Below, in pieces: positions 18,074-26,706 of a stretch of DNA of 64,000 nt (position 1 is the stretch's first letter; each line of letters begins with the position of its first letter). The position numbers and the translations under genes are program-made. The notes beneath the pieces were generated by a model. The model was not told the origin of the DNA. It saw nothing but the letters and a program-made list of their open reading frames with translations, and searched no databases. This stretch comes from a virus (lineage: Duplodnaviria; Heunggongvirae; Uroviricota; Caudoviricetes): the IMG/VR virus record IMGVR_UViG_3300006143_000275. One strand, 5' to 3'.

Positions 18074-18075
18074 GC

Positions 18076-18151
18076 TGGAGTGAGAGACGGGACTTGAACC
18101 CGCAGCTTCCGACTTGGAAGGACGGCACTCTGCCAGTTGAGTTACTCCCAC
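18076..18151 (-). tRNA. tRNA-Gly (anticodon TCC)
   Basis: Anticodon loop CTTCCAA; T-arm GCGGGTTCAAGTCCCGT; CCA. Confidence 0.55.
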
Positions 18152-18154
18152 AGA

Positions 18155-18574
18155 TGGTGGAGCCGGCGGGAATCGAACCCGCGTCCGAAATTCCTACATG
18201 AGCAAGACCTTTTTACGCAATAGGTTTCCTTTTAGGTGGATGCCTTATGGCGGGGCACCAAGATGGAATCCAAATCTACCCCAGGGCGTACCAGTTAAGT
18301 ACACCTCCACCACCTTGTCTTTTTGAACAGATTACAAGGAAAACTGTTTTTCTGGCGTATCCTCGACCGCAGGTACTTACCCAGCCAGAGGTGTACCGTT
18401 TTGGAATCCTGCCGACAGTTAAGCGGCGACCCTCTCTGCCATGAAGGCGGCGAAAGCGGGATGGATCATAACAACACTCATATCATTGTCATTTCATTTT
18501 TTGTTTAGCCTTAAGGCGGTCTCTACCTGCGAATCTTACTCTCTCAGAACCCCGTCGAAACCTTTACGGCCCCG
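18155..18574 (-). ncRNA. ssrA: tmRNA (ssrA)
   Basis: 5' end GGGGCCGTAAAGGTTTCGACGGGG matches the tmRNA 5' consensus GGGGCUGAUUCUGGAUUCGACGGG; 3' end GGACGCGGGTTCGATTCCCGCCGGCTCCACCA matches the tmRNA tRNA-like 3' end; the termini pair as an acceptor stem; about 420 nt; internal short ORF ending VAA-TAA. Confidence 0.6.
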
Positions 18575-18677
18575 TAAAAGAGGCCCGGCGTATAGCCGGG
18601 CCGTTCCCCACATTGTTATAGACCGCATGGGTGCGCTGTCTTATTAAATACCATGTTTGCACGTTCCCCTTTCGGGG

Positions 18678-18753
18678 TGGAGCTGGTAACAGGAGTCGAA
18701 CCCGCGACACTCGGAGTACAAAACCGATGCTCTACCAACTGAGCTATACCAGC
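18678..18753 (-). tRNA. tRNA-Thr (anticodon TGT)
   Basis: D-arm GCTCAGTTGGTAGAGC; anticodon loop TTTGTAC; CCA. Confidence 0.55.
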
Positions 18754-18756
18754 AAA

Positions 18757-18832
18757 TGGAGCTGATGCACGGACTCGAACCGCGAACCTAAGCTTTACGA
18801 AAGCCTCGCTCTGCCATTAGAGCTACATCAGC
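18757..18832 (-). tRNA. tRNA-Thr (anticodon CGT)
   Basis: Anticodon stem AGGCT/AGCTT with loop TTCGTAA; T-arm CGCGGTTCGAGTCCGTG; CCA. Confidence 0.55.
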
Positions 18833-18836
18833 ATGT

Positions 18837-18911
18837 TGGCTGGGGTGACTGGATTCGAACCAGCGAATGAGGGAGTCAAAGTCCCTTGCCTTGCCGCTTG
18901 GCGACACCCCA
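18837..18911 (-). tRNA. tRNA-Gln (anticodon TTG)
   Basis: 5' U, 3-bp D-stem, anticodon loop CTTTGAC; CCA. Confidence 0.55.
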
Positions 18912-18916
18912 ATATT

Positions 18917-18942
18917 GGGAGCGGTCGAATTGACCGCTCCGT
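18917..18942 (-). terminator. perfect 9-bp hairpin between the metallophosphatase gene and the tRNA cluster (terminator or processing site)
   Basis: GGAGCGGTC-GAATT-GACCGCTCC. Confidence 0.35.
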
Positions 18943-18946
18943 AGGA

Positions 18947-19621
18947 CTATACAAGCATTACCTTATTGTATAAGGCAATGAATTGATCATTCATAATTTT
19001 GTCGATATGGTAGTGTCCAAAATACCAACGTTTGAACTGAAGGTCAACCATAATACGCTCCAGATAGCTTACGAGCGGATCATTTTCATACCAATCTGCA
19101 ATCATGGTCTGAATGCTTCTTGGCGCACAGTGCGTTAACACATAATCAACAGACCATCCGTTGTTATCAAGCGCGTTGATCCCCCGTTCCATCTCTTCCA
19201 TAGATGGCATTTCGTCTTTCCACCAAGAAATATGTTCTGTACGATATTCTTTGTCATGAGATCTTGCACCGCCCATCACAAAGAACCTTTGCCCGTCGAT
19301 GGTCAGAACTTGTCCTCTCTCCAGATGGTAAATATTTGGCGCTATTTCTCGGACTTTACCACCGAACTTATCTTGAAGCGAAAATTTGCGGAGGATATCA
19401 AAATTCTCATGGTTCCCATCGATCCAGAGCGTGGTGAAGTTTTTACCCGCGAGCCATTTTTTCCACCATATCTCTCGTGTAGAACCGTCCCATATGAGCC
19501 CAAAATCCCCACAGACAATTAAATAATCCTTCTTAGTGAGCGATTTTTGCATCGGGAAGTTCTTGACAGACAACTTTTTTATGTCAATGTCCGCATGAGT
19601 ATCCCCTGTCACATAGATCAT
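18947..19621 (-). CDS. calcineurin-like metallophosphoesterase (phage Ser/Thr phosphatase-like)
   Basis: GDTHAD, GDFG, GNHEN motifs. Confidence 0.6.
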   Translation of the reverse strand: MIYVTGDTHADIDIKKLSVKNFPMQKSLTKKDYLIVCGDFGLIWDGSTREIWWKKWLAGKNFTTLWIDGNHENFDILRKFSLQDKFGGKVREIAPNIYHLERGQVLTIDGQRFFVMGGARSHDKEYRTEHISWWKDEMPSMEEMERGINALDNNGWSVDYVLTHCAPRSIQTMIADWYENDPLVSYLERIMVDLQFKRWYFGHYHIDKIMNDQFIALYNKVMLV

Positions 19622-19899
19622 TTTGAACCTCCAAGCATACGCATAAAGCTGTCTTCCTCAATGTCGATGGTTCCTTCTGGTTCATACAGCCTGATCTCAT
19701 TGCGTCCAACATACCATCCAAGTCCATGCTTGCAAGTATGTCCGCAGTCGTGTCCTCTTTGGATGGGCTTACCCCAATTAACACCAATATTATCTGATAC
19801 CCTGCATACTGTGCCAAGGTCGCCTATCTTGATATCAGGATTGCCGTCTGGATGATTACGAATAGCTTCGACACAATCTCCTACTTGAAATTCCATCAC
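19618..19899 (-). CDS. small Cys/His-rich protein (HDCGHTCKHGLGWYV) with a ubiquitin-like C-terminal tail ...SFMRMLGGSK
   Basis: 93 aa; paralog of 19856-20190. Confidence 0.4.
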   Translation of the reverse strand: MMEFQVGDCVEAIRNHPDGNPDIKIGDLGTVCRVSDNIGVNWGKPIQRGHDCGHTCKHGLGWYVGRNEIRLYEPEGTIDIEEDSFMRMLGGSK

Positions 19900-20190
19900 G
19901 CTTTGTCACCCCCCCCGCACGGAGAGCGACACCAAGGAAGGAGTTCTCGTCGATATCTTCAACATCATCTTCGTACGGCCTGATATATCTCGTATGGACA
20001 TACCACCCGTGGCCGTACTCACAATTTCCGGAGCAATCATGTCCTTCACCTAATTCATTATCCCAATCGACACCAACATGATCTCCGTCAATATCGCACA
20101 CCGTTCCAGTATCGCCAACCATGATATAGTCACTCTCATCTGGGTTGTTGACGATAGCTTCTACTCGATCTCCAATTTGATACCTTGCCA
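19856..20190 (-). CDS. small Cys/His-rich protein (HDCSGNCEYGHGWYV); C-terminus ...SFLGVALRAGG reads through a G8 tract
   Basis: Start at MARYQIGDRVEA with an AAAGGGTGG ribosome-binding site; the G8 tract (plus-strand C-run 19909-19916) sits on the GG codons; one G fewer gives ...LRAGG-stop. Confidence 0.4.
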
Positions 20191-20636
20191 TGGATACCAC
20201 CCTTTCGTGAAAGTCTGGCGCAATACTTAAAACCTGTGTTTTATCCCATACATAATAGCCATACTGCATGGGATGGCAAAAGGACGCTGAACTCGGGATT
20301 TTCCACTACCTCTTATTTCAAATAAATACTCGGATCAGCGTCCTAAAGTCCTTGAAATACGCACTTTGTTGTTTGTGATCTGCATTATATCTCGGCAGGC
20401 TACGAGGAGGGCTCCCTGCATCCGGATACAGCTCCCGGTTACTGCTGTCATCTGGTTTGGAATGATGTCGTGTGTCTGTGGGTTCCTGACATCGGGTGCC
20501 GAACTCCTTGAGTCTCAGTGTGTTGGCGGGTTTGGTGACCTTTGTCCTGATGGCCCCTGTGCGGGTCGGCGCCTGAGCAGGTGGTCGTCGGCTGCCGCGG
20601 GATCTCTGATCGCACGCACTGCGGCCGCCAAGCCGT

Positions 20637-20683
20637 CATCCTCCACCCAACCATTCGTTACTCTGATTTACAATACAGAGTTT
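20637..20683. repeat. conserved hairpin motif copy A
   Basis: CATCCTCCACCCAACCATTCGTTACTCTGATTTACAATACAGAGTTT. Confidence 0.55.
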
Positions 20684-20719
20684 AAGTCTTTCGACTTAAA
20701 ATACATCGCAACAACAAAG

Positions 20720-21298
20720 TTATTTTATATGCACAATATATCGCCCGCCGGTCGGCGGCTCTTGCTCAACGACCCGAAAACCAACAGAAGAATACTGATC
20801 CCAAACCTGTCCCCAGTTGATATAGTCGGTCAGCACGTCTTTACTGAGGGTGTCAAGCATCTCGTCTGTAACACCGTGGTCAAACGGCACTTTGAGTTCA
20901 GTCGCCAGATAACAAGCTGCGGTCTCCTTTGCGTTCATCGCCCAATGAAGATCAGATATGTCCTCGAACATAAAATCGTTTTCTTTCAGCTTACGCACAA
21001 ATTCCGGATCGAACAGGTCACCAGAAGACGAAGCTTCCATCAGAACCTTCAAATAATCTTCCGTCATCCCAGGATTTTCGCTGTTGATATCATCCAGTAT
21101 ATCGTTCAATCCACTGATATCGTCGTTTCGGCTGATTGGAATGTTGGGCGTGGTGGACAGAATAATGTAATCATAATGATTCTCTAATTCTGCCCGCAGA
21201 TTACATGGCAGTACAATGACTTTGGATTCGCCGCAATCCAAATCACTGACTTCGACTGCCAGTTGAATCATATCAACCACCTCTTTCATGCTTTGCAT
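20720..21298 (-). CDS. acidic hypothetical protein
   Basis: 192 aa, D/E-rich; sits between two copies of the conserved intergenic motif, immediately downstream (minus sense) of the RT gene. Confidence 0.35.
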   Translation of the reverse strand: MQSMKEVVDMIQLAVEVSDLDCGESKVIVLPCNLRAELENHYDYIILSTTPNIPISRNDDISGLNDILDDINSENPGMTEDYLKVLMEASSSGDLFDPEFVRKLKENDFMFEDISDLHWAMNAKETAACYLATELKVPFDHGVTDEMLDTLSKDVLTDYINWGQVWDQYSSVGFRVVEQEPPTGGRYIVHIK

Positions 21299-21552
21299 AA
21301 ACTTTGTAATCTACCATAAGGGATAGGAAGCTGGCCATGGTTTCCTCCAGAGAGGTGAGTCTGGGAATGTCATCTCGTGTGTTCCCGGCTGTCCGAACTG
21401 GTGTCAGGTTTCAGGAATTTTTGTGACGGAGTTCCTGCTGATTTCCTGGCGAAATGTGCAGTTCGGTAATAGTTCCGTTCTTCGTGATGTTGGTAAGGGT
21501 GTTTAGCATCTCCTGCTGCCGTCGCGGCCGGCAGCACTGCGCAGCCTGGCAG

Positions 21553-21601
21553 GCTCCCTTCTCCCAGCCATTCGTTACTCTGATTTACAATACAGAGTGC
21601 C
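21553..21601. repeat. conserved hairpin motif copy B
   Basis: CTCCCTTCTCCCAGCCATTCGTTACTCTGATTTACAATACAGAGTGCC. Confidence 0.55.
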
Positions 21602-21643
21602 TTTTGAGGAACAAAAGGCTATACATTACAAAATTTTGCTTAT

Positions 21644-22783
21644 TTATGCGGCCAAATCCTCATGGATGGTACGCATTACGTCCGTTTGATATTTTTCGTT
21701 GTTGTACTTGATGACCTCGTCAACATACTTTTCTTCAACCATCCGGTAGTAGTTGATAAGGCCGCGCAAAACCTGAACATCGTGCAGTTCCCAGACAATT
21801 CCGTTCTTACGGTCGAGGATGTAGTTGCTGATCATTGCACGAAAACGCTGCTTGTTCTTGTGACCGATGGTGATCTCATTGTCCTTATTGAGCATGAGCC
21901 CGAGGTTCCAATTACTGCCGGCTCTGGAACCATACCTCGTCTTCTCATCCTTGATCTTGAACGGCGCATGGAAATCATCCAGCGTCTGATTGATGAAGTC
22001 GATGACCTTATTGTAGTCAAACTCTCTCCGGCTTGAAATTAGAGAGTCGTCTGCGTATCTGGTGTAAACGAACGACTGCCCGTTAAAATCACGCAGGGTA
22101 TTGTATACCTTGTGATCAAGGGGGATCATCATCAGATTTGTGAGCATCGGAGAAATCGGCGTGCCCTGCGGCAATCCGCCATGAAGAAAACAGAGGTTGA
22201 GTGCCTTGTCCAGTGCTGCTCTGCCCCGTTCTGACTTGACAATCTCGCTGAACGGGAAAATCAAAGAGAGCGAATACCGAAGGAATACCAGCGTTGTGTC
22301 CCCAAAAAAGTTCGAGAAATCCGTCTTTAAGAACCAATGACTGTCATTCCTCTGGTGACGTTTGATGGCGTCAATGGTGGAACGATTCTTAACATAGGCA
22401 AAGGCGGAGGTGTGGTACAGCGCAAACATCTTGGTCTCAAACAAAGTCTTCAGATTCCGAAGCGCCGTCATCAGTTCTGGCACAGGGGCATTGATCTCAC
22501 GCAGGCCGCCGGACTTCTTCGGAATATGGAATGTGGTATAGAGGGCTTCTCTCGGAACGGCATACAGCTCGGCATTTTGTTCGCAAAAACTCTCCAGAGC
22601 GGAGACCATACCGGCGAAATCGAACCGATCCAGAAACTGTGGCTTGAGTCGCTGTGCGAAATGCGTTCTGGTATTGGTGCTGTTTGAAGTTATCATAGAC
22701 TGCATGTTGACCTCACCAGATATGATTTCCTCAAATGATATCTGATGGTATGCAGGCGATTGCATGACGGTTATGTATGGCAT
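21644..22783 (-). CDS. reverse transcriptase (retron / group II-like RT domain, standalone)
   Basis: RT motifs YTTFHIPKKSGGLREINAP, GLPQGTPISPMLTNLMM and YTRYADDSLIS (YxDD box); 379 aa; no maturase/endonuclease or RNase H extension. Confidence 0.8.
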   Translation of the reverse strand: MPYITVMQSPAYHQISFEEIISGEVNMQSMITSNSTNTRTHFAQRLKPQFLDRFDFAGMVSALESFCEQNAELYAVPREALYTTFHIPKKSGGLREINAPVPELMTALRNLKTLFETKMFALYHTSAFAYVKNRSTIDAIKRHQRNDSHWFLKTDFSNFFGDTTLVFLRYSLSLIFPFSEIVKSERGRAALDKALNLCFLHGGLPQGTPISPMLTNLMMIPLDHKVYNTLRDFNGQSFVYTRYADDSLISSRREFDYNKVIDFINQTLDDFHAPFKIKDEKTRYGSRAGSNWNLGLMLNKDNEITIGHKNKQRFRAMISNYILDRKNGIVWELHDVQVLRGLINYYRMVEEKYVDEVIKYNNEKYQTDVMRTIHEDLAA

Positions 22784-23082
22784 ATTTTTAATACCTCCTG
22801 ATGTCTGTATTCTGGTATACAGTAGGTTGAGGAATTCAGGATGCGATGGGTACTTGAGAGCTGGGACTGAGTGCGGGCTCGGTGGGTAATCTGGTGAGTG
22901 ATTTGCGGCGGTCCGATGGTTCTTGGGGTCGCCATCTGTCTTCCTGTTTGCTGTCCGTCACCTTTCTGGTCGAGATGTCAAGAGTTCTTTGCGTATTTGG
23001 AGCAGTAGAAAACAGTTTATTTATTACCTCTTGACCTCGGTGGCGGGCAGGCGCCTTCAGATTCCGCCTCCGGGCGGGGTGT

Positions 23083-23128
23083 CCCTTCTCCCAGCCATGC
23101 GCAACTCTGATTTACAATACAGAGCACC
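23083..23128. repeat. conserved hairpin motif copy C (start of the RT leader)
   Basis: TCCCTTCTCCCAGCCATGCGCAACTCTGATTTACAATACAGAGCACC. Confidence 0.55.
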
Positions 23129-23227
23129 CTCAGAATAACTCTGAAAGTAATGCAATACAGACTATATGGAAGGGGCAGCGGCAACCAAAGCCACTGCCCC
23201 TATAGAACTATCGTAAAACGTGATGCC

Positions 23228-23899
23228 TTACACGGCGATCACGTCGAATTCAAAAGCATCCACAAGAATCATCTTGCGGAGTTTCTCGCCCTTCACGAAG
23301 TTGATGAAGTTGGCTACGCCGTAGGCAACGATCGTTCGCACCGTCGGAACAACCGACAGTGTGATATTGCAGGCAGAAACGGGCGTCGCCTCTTTTGCCT
23401 CATCATGAGAGAACGCCATGCTGTCGATAAAGTTCTCCACCATCTTCTTGTCGCTCCAGTCAGCGGCATAGTGCTGGGCGTCCGTCAGCCGCATCCGGAA
23501 GTCGAACATCCCCTTGACGAACGTGTTCTCCTTACAGGAGGTGGCGATCTCCCGGCGGAGGTCAATGTTGTCCACCGCCAGGAACACATAACCGGAGAGA
23601 CGCTGGCCTGTCCAGCCCTCTTTGACCAGCTTCAGATCGGGGGCGCAGTCCGGATTGATCTCGGTGAGATACTCAGCCAAAGCATCAACCTTGGCCTTGC
23701 CGATATCCGTATTCCGGAACATCTGGTTGGCAATGTTGTGGGCTTCTACGGTATCGAAGTCATACAGCGTGATTTTCGTAATGCCGAACCGCACCAGATT
23801 CTCAGCGACCGTGGAACCAATCGCTCCACAGCCGATGATATGAATCCGCGATTCGAGCATATCCGGCTTGAAGAATTCGTAGGACTTCGCCAAATCCAT
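23228..23899 (-). CDS. ThiF/MoeB-family E1-like adenylyltransferase
   Basis: Rossmann IHIIGCGAIGSTVAENLVRFGITKITLYDFDTVE; 223 aa. Confidence 0.7.
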   Translation of the reverse strand: MDLAKSYEFFKPDMLESRIHIIGCGAIGSTVAENLVRFGITKITLYDFDTVEAHNIANQMFRNTDIGKAKVDALAEYLTEINPDCAPDLKLVKEGWTGQRLSGYVFLAVDNIDLRREIATSCKENTFVKGMFDFRMRLTDAQHYAADWSDKKMVENFIDSMAFSHDEAKEATPVSACNITLSVVPTVRTIVAYGVANFINFVKGEKLRKMILVDAFEFDVIAV

Positions 23900-23916
23900 T
23901 GTTTGTCTCTCCTTTC

Positions 23917-24789
23917 TTACTGTCCGAGGTATAGGCGGTCATAGGGATCGTCTTCGTCGAATTGGTAGTCGGAAAAGGACCGGCCAATGCCGGTATCACC
24001 TCCGTTTACCTTCGGTTTTGTTTTGACTCCGACGACGCTCGCACCGGCCGTCGCCGCCGGCGTTGTTGTCTGACTGATGGGTGTGACGACCCGCGTCTGC
24101 GTCTGCTGATAGGTTCCCTGAAAACCGGTGACAGGCTTATAGGTTCTGTTGGTGACGATCTCCTTGGCGCTGCTGATGAAAGCCTGAAGATCCACGCCGA
24201 CATCTCCAATATACACATCAACATCTGCCGTGTCGTACAGGGTGTTGTTCTTCAGATCGAAGATGCGGACAAAGTGCTCGTACCGCTTGTTCCAGATCAT
24301 GAAGATGTAGTAGTCGTCATCGGAGATTTGCTCCAGAATCTTCTCCTGGTGAGTTGTGTCCACACCAGAGGGAGACACGCCCATATTGACGTGGCTGTGT
24401 CCTTGCATCCGGATGTTATTGAACACATCATCATCAAAGGAGTAAAGCCACGTCTGGTACGCCTCTTGATCGGTGTTGACCGTTGCGCCGGTAACAACCT
24501 GCGGGTATACCAAAATGTCGGTGATGTGGAAGATGGACGGATCCTGCTCATCACGGTGAACCACGCCGTGCCACGCGACCTCGTCGTTGAACTGCTGAAT
24601 GAGCGAGTTCATCTTGGCGAAGGCAATCGAGGACAGGTAGACAGTTGCCCGGTCGTCATCGCCCTCCCACTTGAACGTCCGGCTGTATTCCAGCTTTCCG
24701 TCAAACATCTTGGTGGACTTCACCTTTGCGATGAACTCCTCCTGAATTTTTTGCAGCAGCTCGTCCGTGAGCTTAATGGGCTTACTCAT
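23917..24789 (-). CDS. JAB/MPN (JAMM) metalloprotease-domain protein
   Basis: JAMM motif GHSHVNMGVSPSGVD (HxHx7Sx2D) with an upstream Glu; start taken at MSKPIKLTDELL. Confidence 0.65.
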   Translation of the reverse strand: MSKPIKLTDELLQKIQEEFIAKVKSTKMFDGKLEYSRTFKWEGDDDRATVYLSSIAFAKMNSLIQQFNDEVAWHGVVHRDEQDPSIFHITDILVYPQVVTGATVNTDQEAYQTWLYSFDDDVFNNIRMQGHSHVNMGVSPSGVDTTHQEKILEQISDDDYYIFMIWNKRYEHFVRIFDLKNNTLYDTADVDVYIGDVGVDLQAFISSAKEIVTNRTYKPVTGFQGTYQQTQTRVVTPISQTTTPAATAGASVVGVKTKPKVNGGDTGIGRSFSDYQFDEDDPYDRLYLGQ

Positions 24790-26275
24790 GGCTCTCCTCC
24801 TGTTCTTTTTCTTTCTTCGCCTTGACATCTTGTTCCTCCAACCACAATACGGCCTCAAACGGCGTCTTGGTCGTACCGTCGGGCATTTCGATTACCTTAC
24901 CGATCCTGTTCGAGAACAGCAACTGCGTCATCTTGCCGGTTGTTGCGCTCTCCTGAACATTGACGCTCTTTGCCGACTGAACACAAGCAGCTACCGCGCC
25001 GACATAATCCCGGTTACGCATAGATTGGCGAATTGTCGCCTCATTTCCACCAAGGCAGTGAAACGCCTGGATGTGCTGGTTCGGCGTGTGATCCATGATG
25101 ATATCCGACGGGAAATCGTATCCGCTAATCCCGGCGTACCTGCCGTTATCGAAGTTCAGCGAATATGCGGCGCAAATGCGAATCTTCATCGTCTCTTTGA
25201 CGAAAATCTCCGTCATCAGACGCTTAATGCGCTCTACCGTCATATTTTCGTTGTCACGATATTCATAGATGTAGCTACGGTTATTCTGAATGACGGACTC
25301 CGCTGCGTCAGGATCGAAGTTTGCAACCGTGGTGGTTACAATGAACTTGATTTCGCCATTGTATACGCTGACCAGATGCAGCGAATTGTTGCATAGGAAG
25401 TAGTCCAAAAGCTCGCTGCTCTCCGCGCCGCCTCCGTGTGTGATTTTATCGACCAGACCGCACTCCTGCGTTCTCAGGTCGTCCATCTGCTGGTAGTAAT
25501 TGGAGAAAGTGCTCTCCAAATCACGCATCCTGCGATCCATATCGTTGATCTGGCTGCGGACGGACTCCAGCTTCCGGCGGTCAAAGTGTGTTTCAAAGCC
25601 GGTCAACTGATTGCGGATAACCTGTGACCGGAAGTCAAACCGCTTGGCGAACTCCTGAATCTTCGTTTCATAGCTGGGGGCGTAACGCTTTGTGAGCGTC
25701 TTGACGATCTCAATCTCCTCGTCAGTCATCGGATTGGACTCGAAGTACCACGGGAAGTAGCGGGAAATCAGAGACTCCAGCATGTGCCACCGCTTCATGT
25801 TCATCTTTTCCGTGAAGATGATGGTGTTGCGGTACTCCTCGTTCACATAGACCTTGGCGCGGAACTTTGCGTCGCTCTCAATCCATGCGGACAGATCCGC
25901 CAGGAGCTTGTATCCAGAGACTGTCTTTGGAACACCTTCAACGAGTTTCTCGAAGCAGGTTGTGTTGCTCTCGTCGCTCCCCTCAAATGAATGGATGAGC
26001 AAAATGCCGGTTGAACCATCCATAATCGGAGTTCGGTTAAAGAAAGCCCTGACGCAGTCTCTCGGAGACGAGCCAGATAACTGCCCGGAACTGTAGTCTG
26101 TGCTTTTATATCGCAGTGTGATTGACTCCTCTTTCGGAACCCTGCTATACAGCAAAGCTCTCAAGGTCGCAACGAACGACTCGTCATTGCGGAACTTATC
26201 TCCGCCGATATTCGGGAATACGGTCGATGCGATCTCATTGGTGAGAGTCAGACCAGTGATTTCTTTTGAGAACAT
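24782..26275 (-). CDS. large hypothetical protein (497 aa) in the E1/JAB operon; possible E2-like region
   Basis: C-terminal DHTPNQHIQAFHC loosely resembles the UBC HPN...C catalytic motif (weak). Confidence 0.35.
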   Translation of the reverse strand: MFSKEITGLTLTNEIASTVFPNIGGDKFRNDESFVATLRALLYSRVPKEESITLRYKSTDYSSGQLSGSSPRDCVRAFFNRTPIMDGSTGILLIHSFEGSDESNTTCFEKLVEGVPKTVSGYKLLADLSAWIESDAKFRAKVYVNEEYRNTIIFTEKMNMKRWHMLESLISRYFPWYFESNPMTDEEIEIVKTLTKRYAPSYETKIQEFAKRFDFRSQVIRNQLTGFETHFDRRKLESVRSQINDMDRRMRDLESTFSNYYQQMDDLRTQECGLVDKITHGGGAESSELLDYFLCNNSLHLVSVYNGEIKFIVTTTVANFDPDAAESVIQNNRSYIYEYRDNENMTVERIKRLMTEIFVKETMKIRICAAYSLNFDNGRYAGISGYDFPSDIIMDHTPNQHIQAFHCLGGNEATIRQSMRNRDYVGAVAACVQSAKSVNVQESATTGKMTQLLFSNRIGKVIEMPDGTTKTPFEAVLWLEEQDVKAKKEKEQEESHE

Positions 26276-26364
26276 AGCCTGCTCCTTTTCTGAAAGATTT
26301 AAGGGCTCCCACCGCTCAGATGGGAGCCCTCGGCCCTATGTATAGGGGACTGCGGTGGGTCTGA

Positions 26365-26619
26365 TCAGGCGTTGTCAGCCTTGACGACGGAGATCAGGAA
26401 GCACTTGTCGTGGCCGGGCTCGCCGGTGTAGCCCATCTCGGCGAAGGTCTGATCCAGCTTGGCACCGGTGACGGTCTCGCCGTCCAGGGACAGCATACCC
26501 ACGGAGTAGTCGATGCCGGTCTCGCCCTGGGTGCTCTCCAGAGCCTGGCGGATGGTGGTGTTGGGGTTCAGGTTGAAACGGGCGCGCTTCAGGTTGTTAC
26601 CGATAGTGACGTTAATCAT
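26365..26619 (-). CDS. small protein (84 aa), possible beta-grasp/Ubl-like
   Basis: Alternating strand/helix pattern MINVTIGNN...MLSLDGETVTGAKL reminiscent of ThiS/MoaD; C-terminus is not GG. Confidence 0.3.
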   Translation of the reverse strand: MINVTIGNNLKRARFNLNPNTTIRQALESTQGETGIDYSVGMLSLDGETVTGAKLDQTFAEMGYTGEPGHDKCFLISVVKADNA

Positions 26620-26706
26620 GATTCATTCTCCTTCTTATTCAAAAAATTTTGGGTTGACAGGTTTGTGTTGCCGGGCGGGGATTCCCCCGCCCGGACTTAG
26701 CCATCC

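Noticed and set aside
20448-20654. 68-aa ORF, and 16248-16460 70-aa ORF
   Set aside because: Lie inside GC-rich structured leaders. Pro/Arg/Thr-rich composition, no ribosome-binding site.
16242-23128. Integron attC sites or a LexA/SOS box for the repeated motif
   Set aside because: No integron integrase. The copies are conserved in sequence (attC sites are not). The CTG-N10-CAG core resembles a gamma-proteobacterial LexA box only loosely, and the likely host is Firmicutes-like (Cheo box CGAAC-N4-GTTCG expected).
21644-23227. Diversity-generating retroelement (DGR) interpretation of the RT and the repeated motif
   Set aside because: The RT carries the SP-type motif 4 (QGTPISP) rather than the DGR-typical SQ. 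The repeated element is only about 50 bp with variable flanks rather than a TR/VR pair of about 100 bp differing at adenines. No Avd-like gene adjacent. A distant VR outside the window cannot be excluded.
23150-23944. 264-aa plus-strand ORF and 23962-24825 plus-strand ORF
   Set aside because: Antisense to the ThiF and JAB genes. No motifs.
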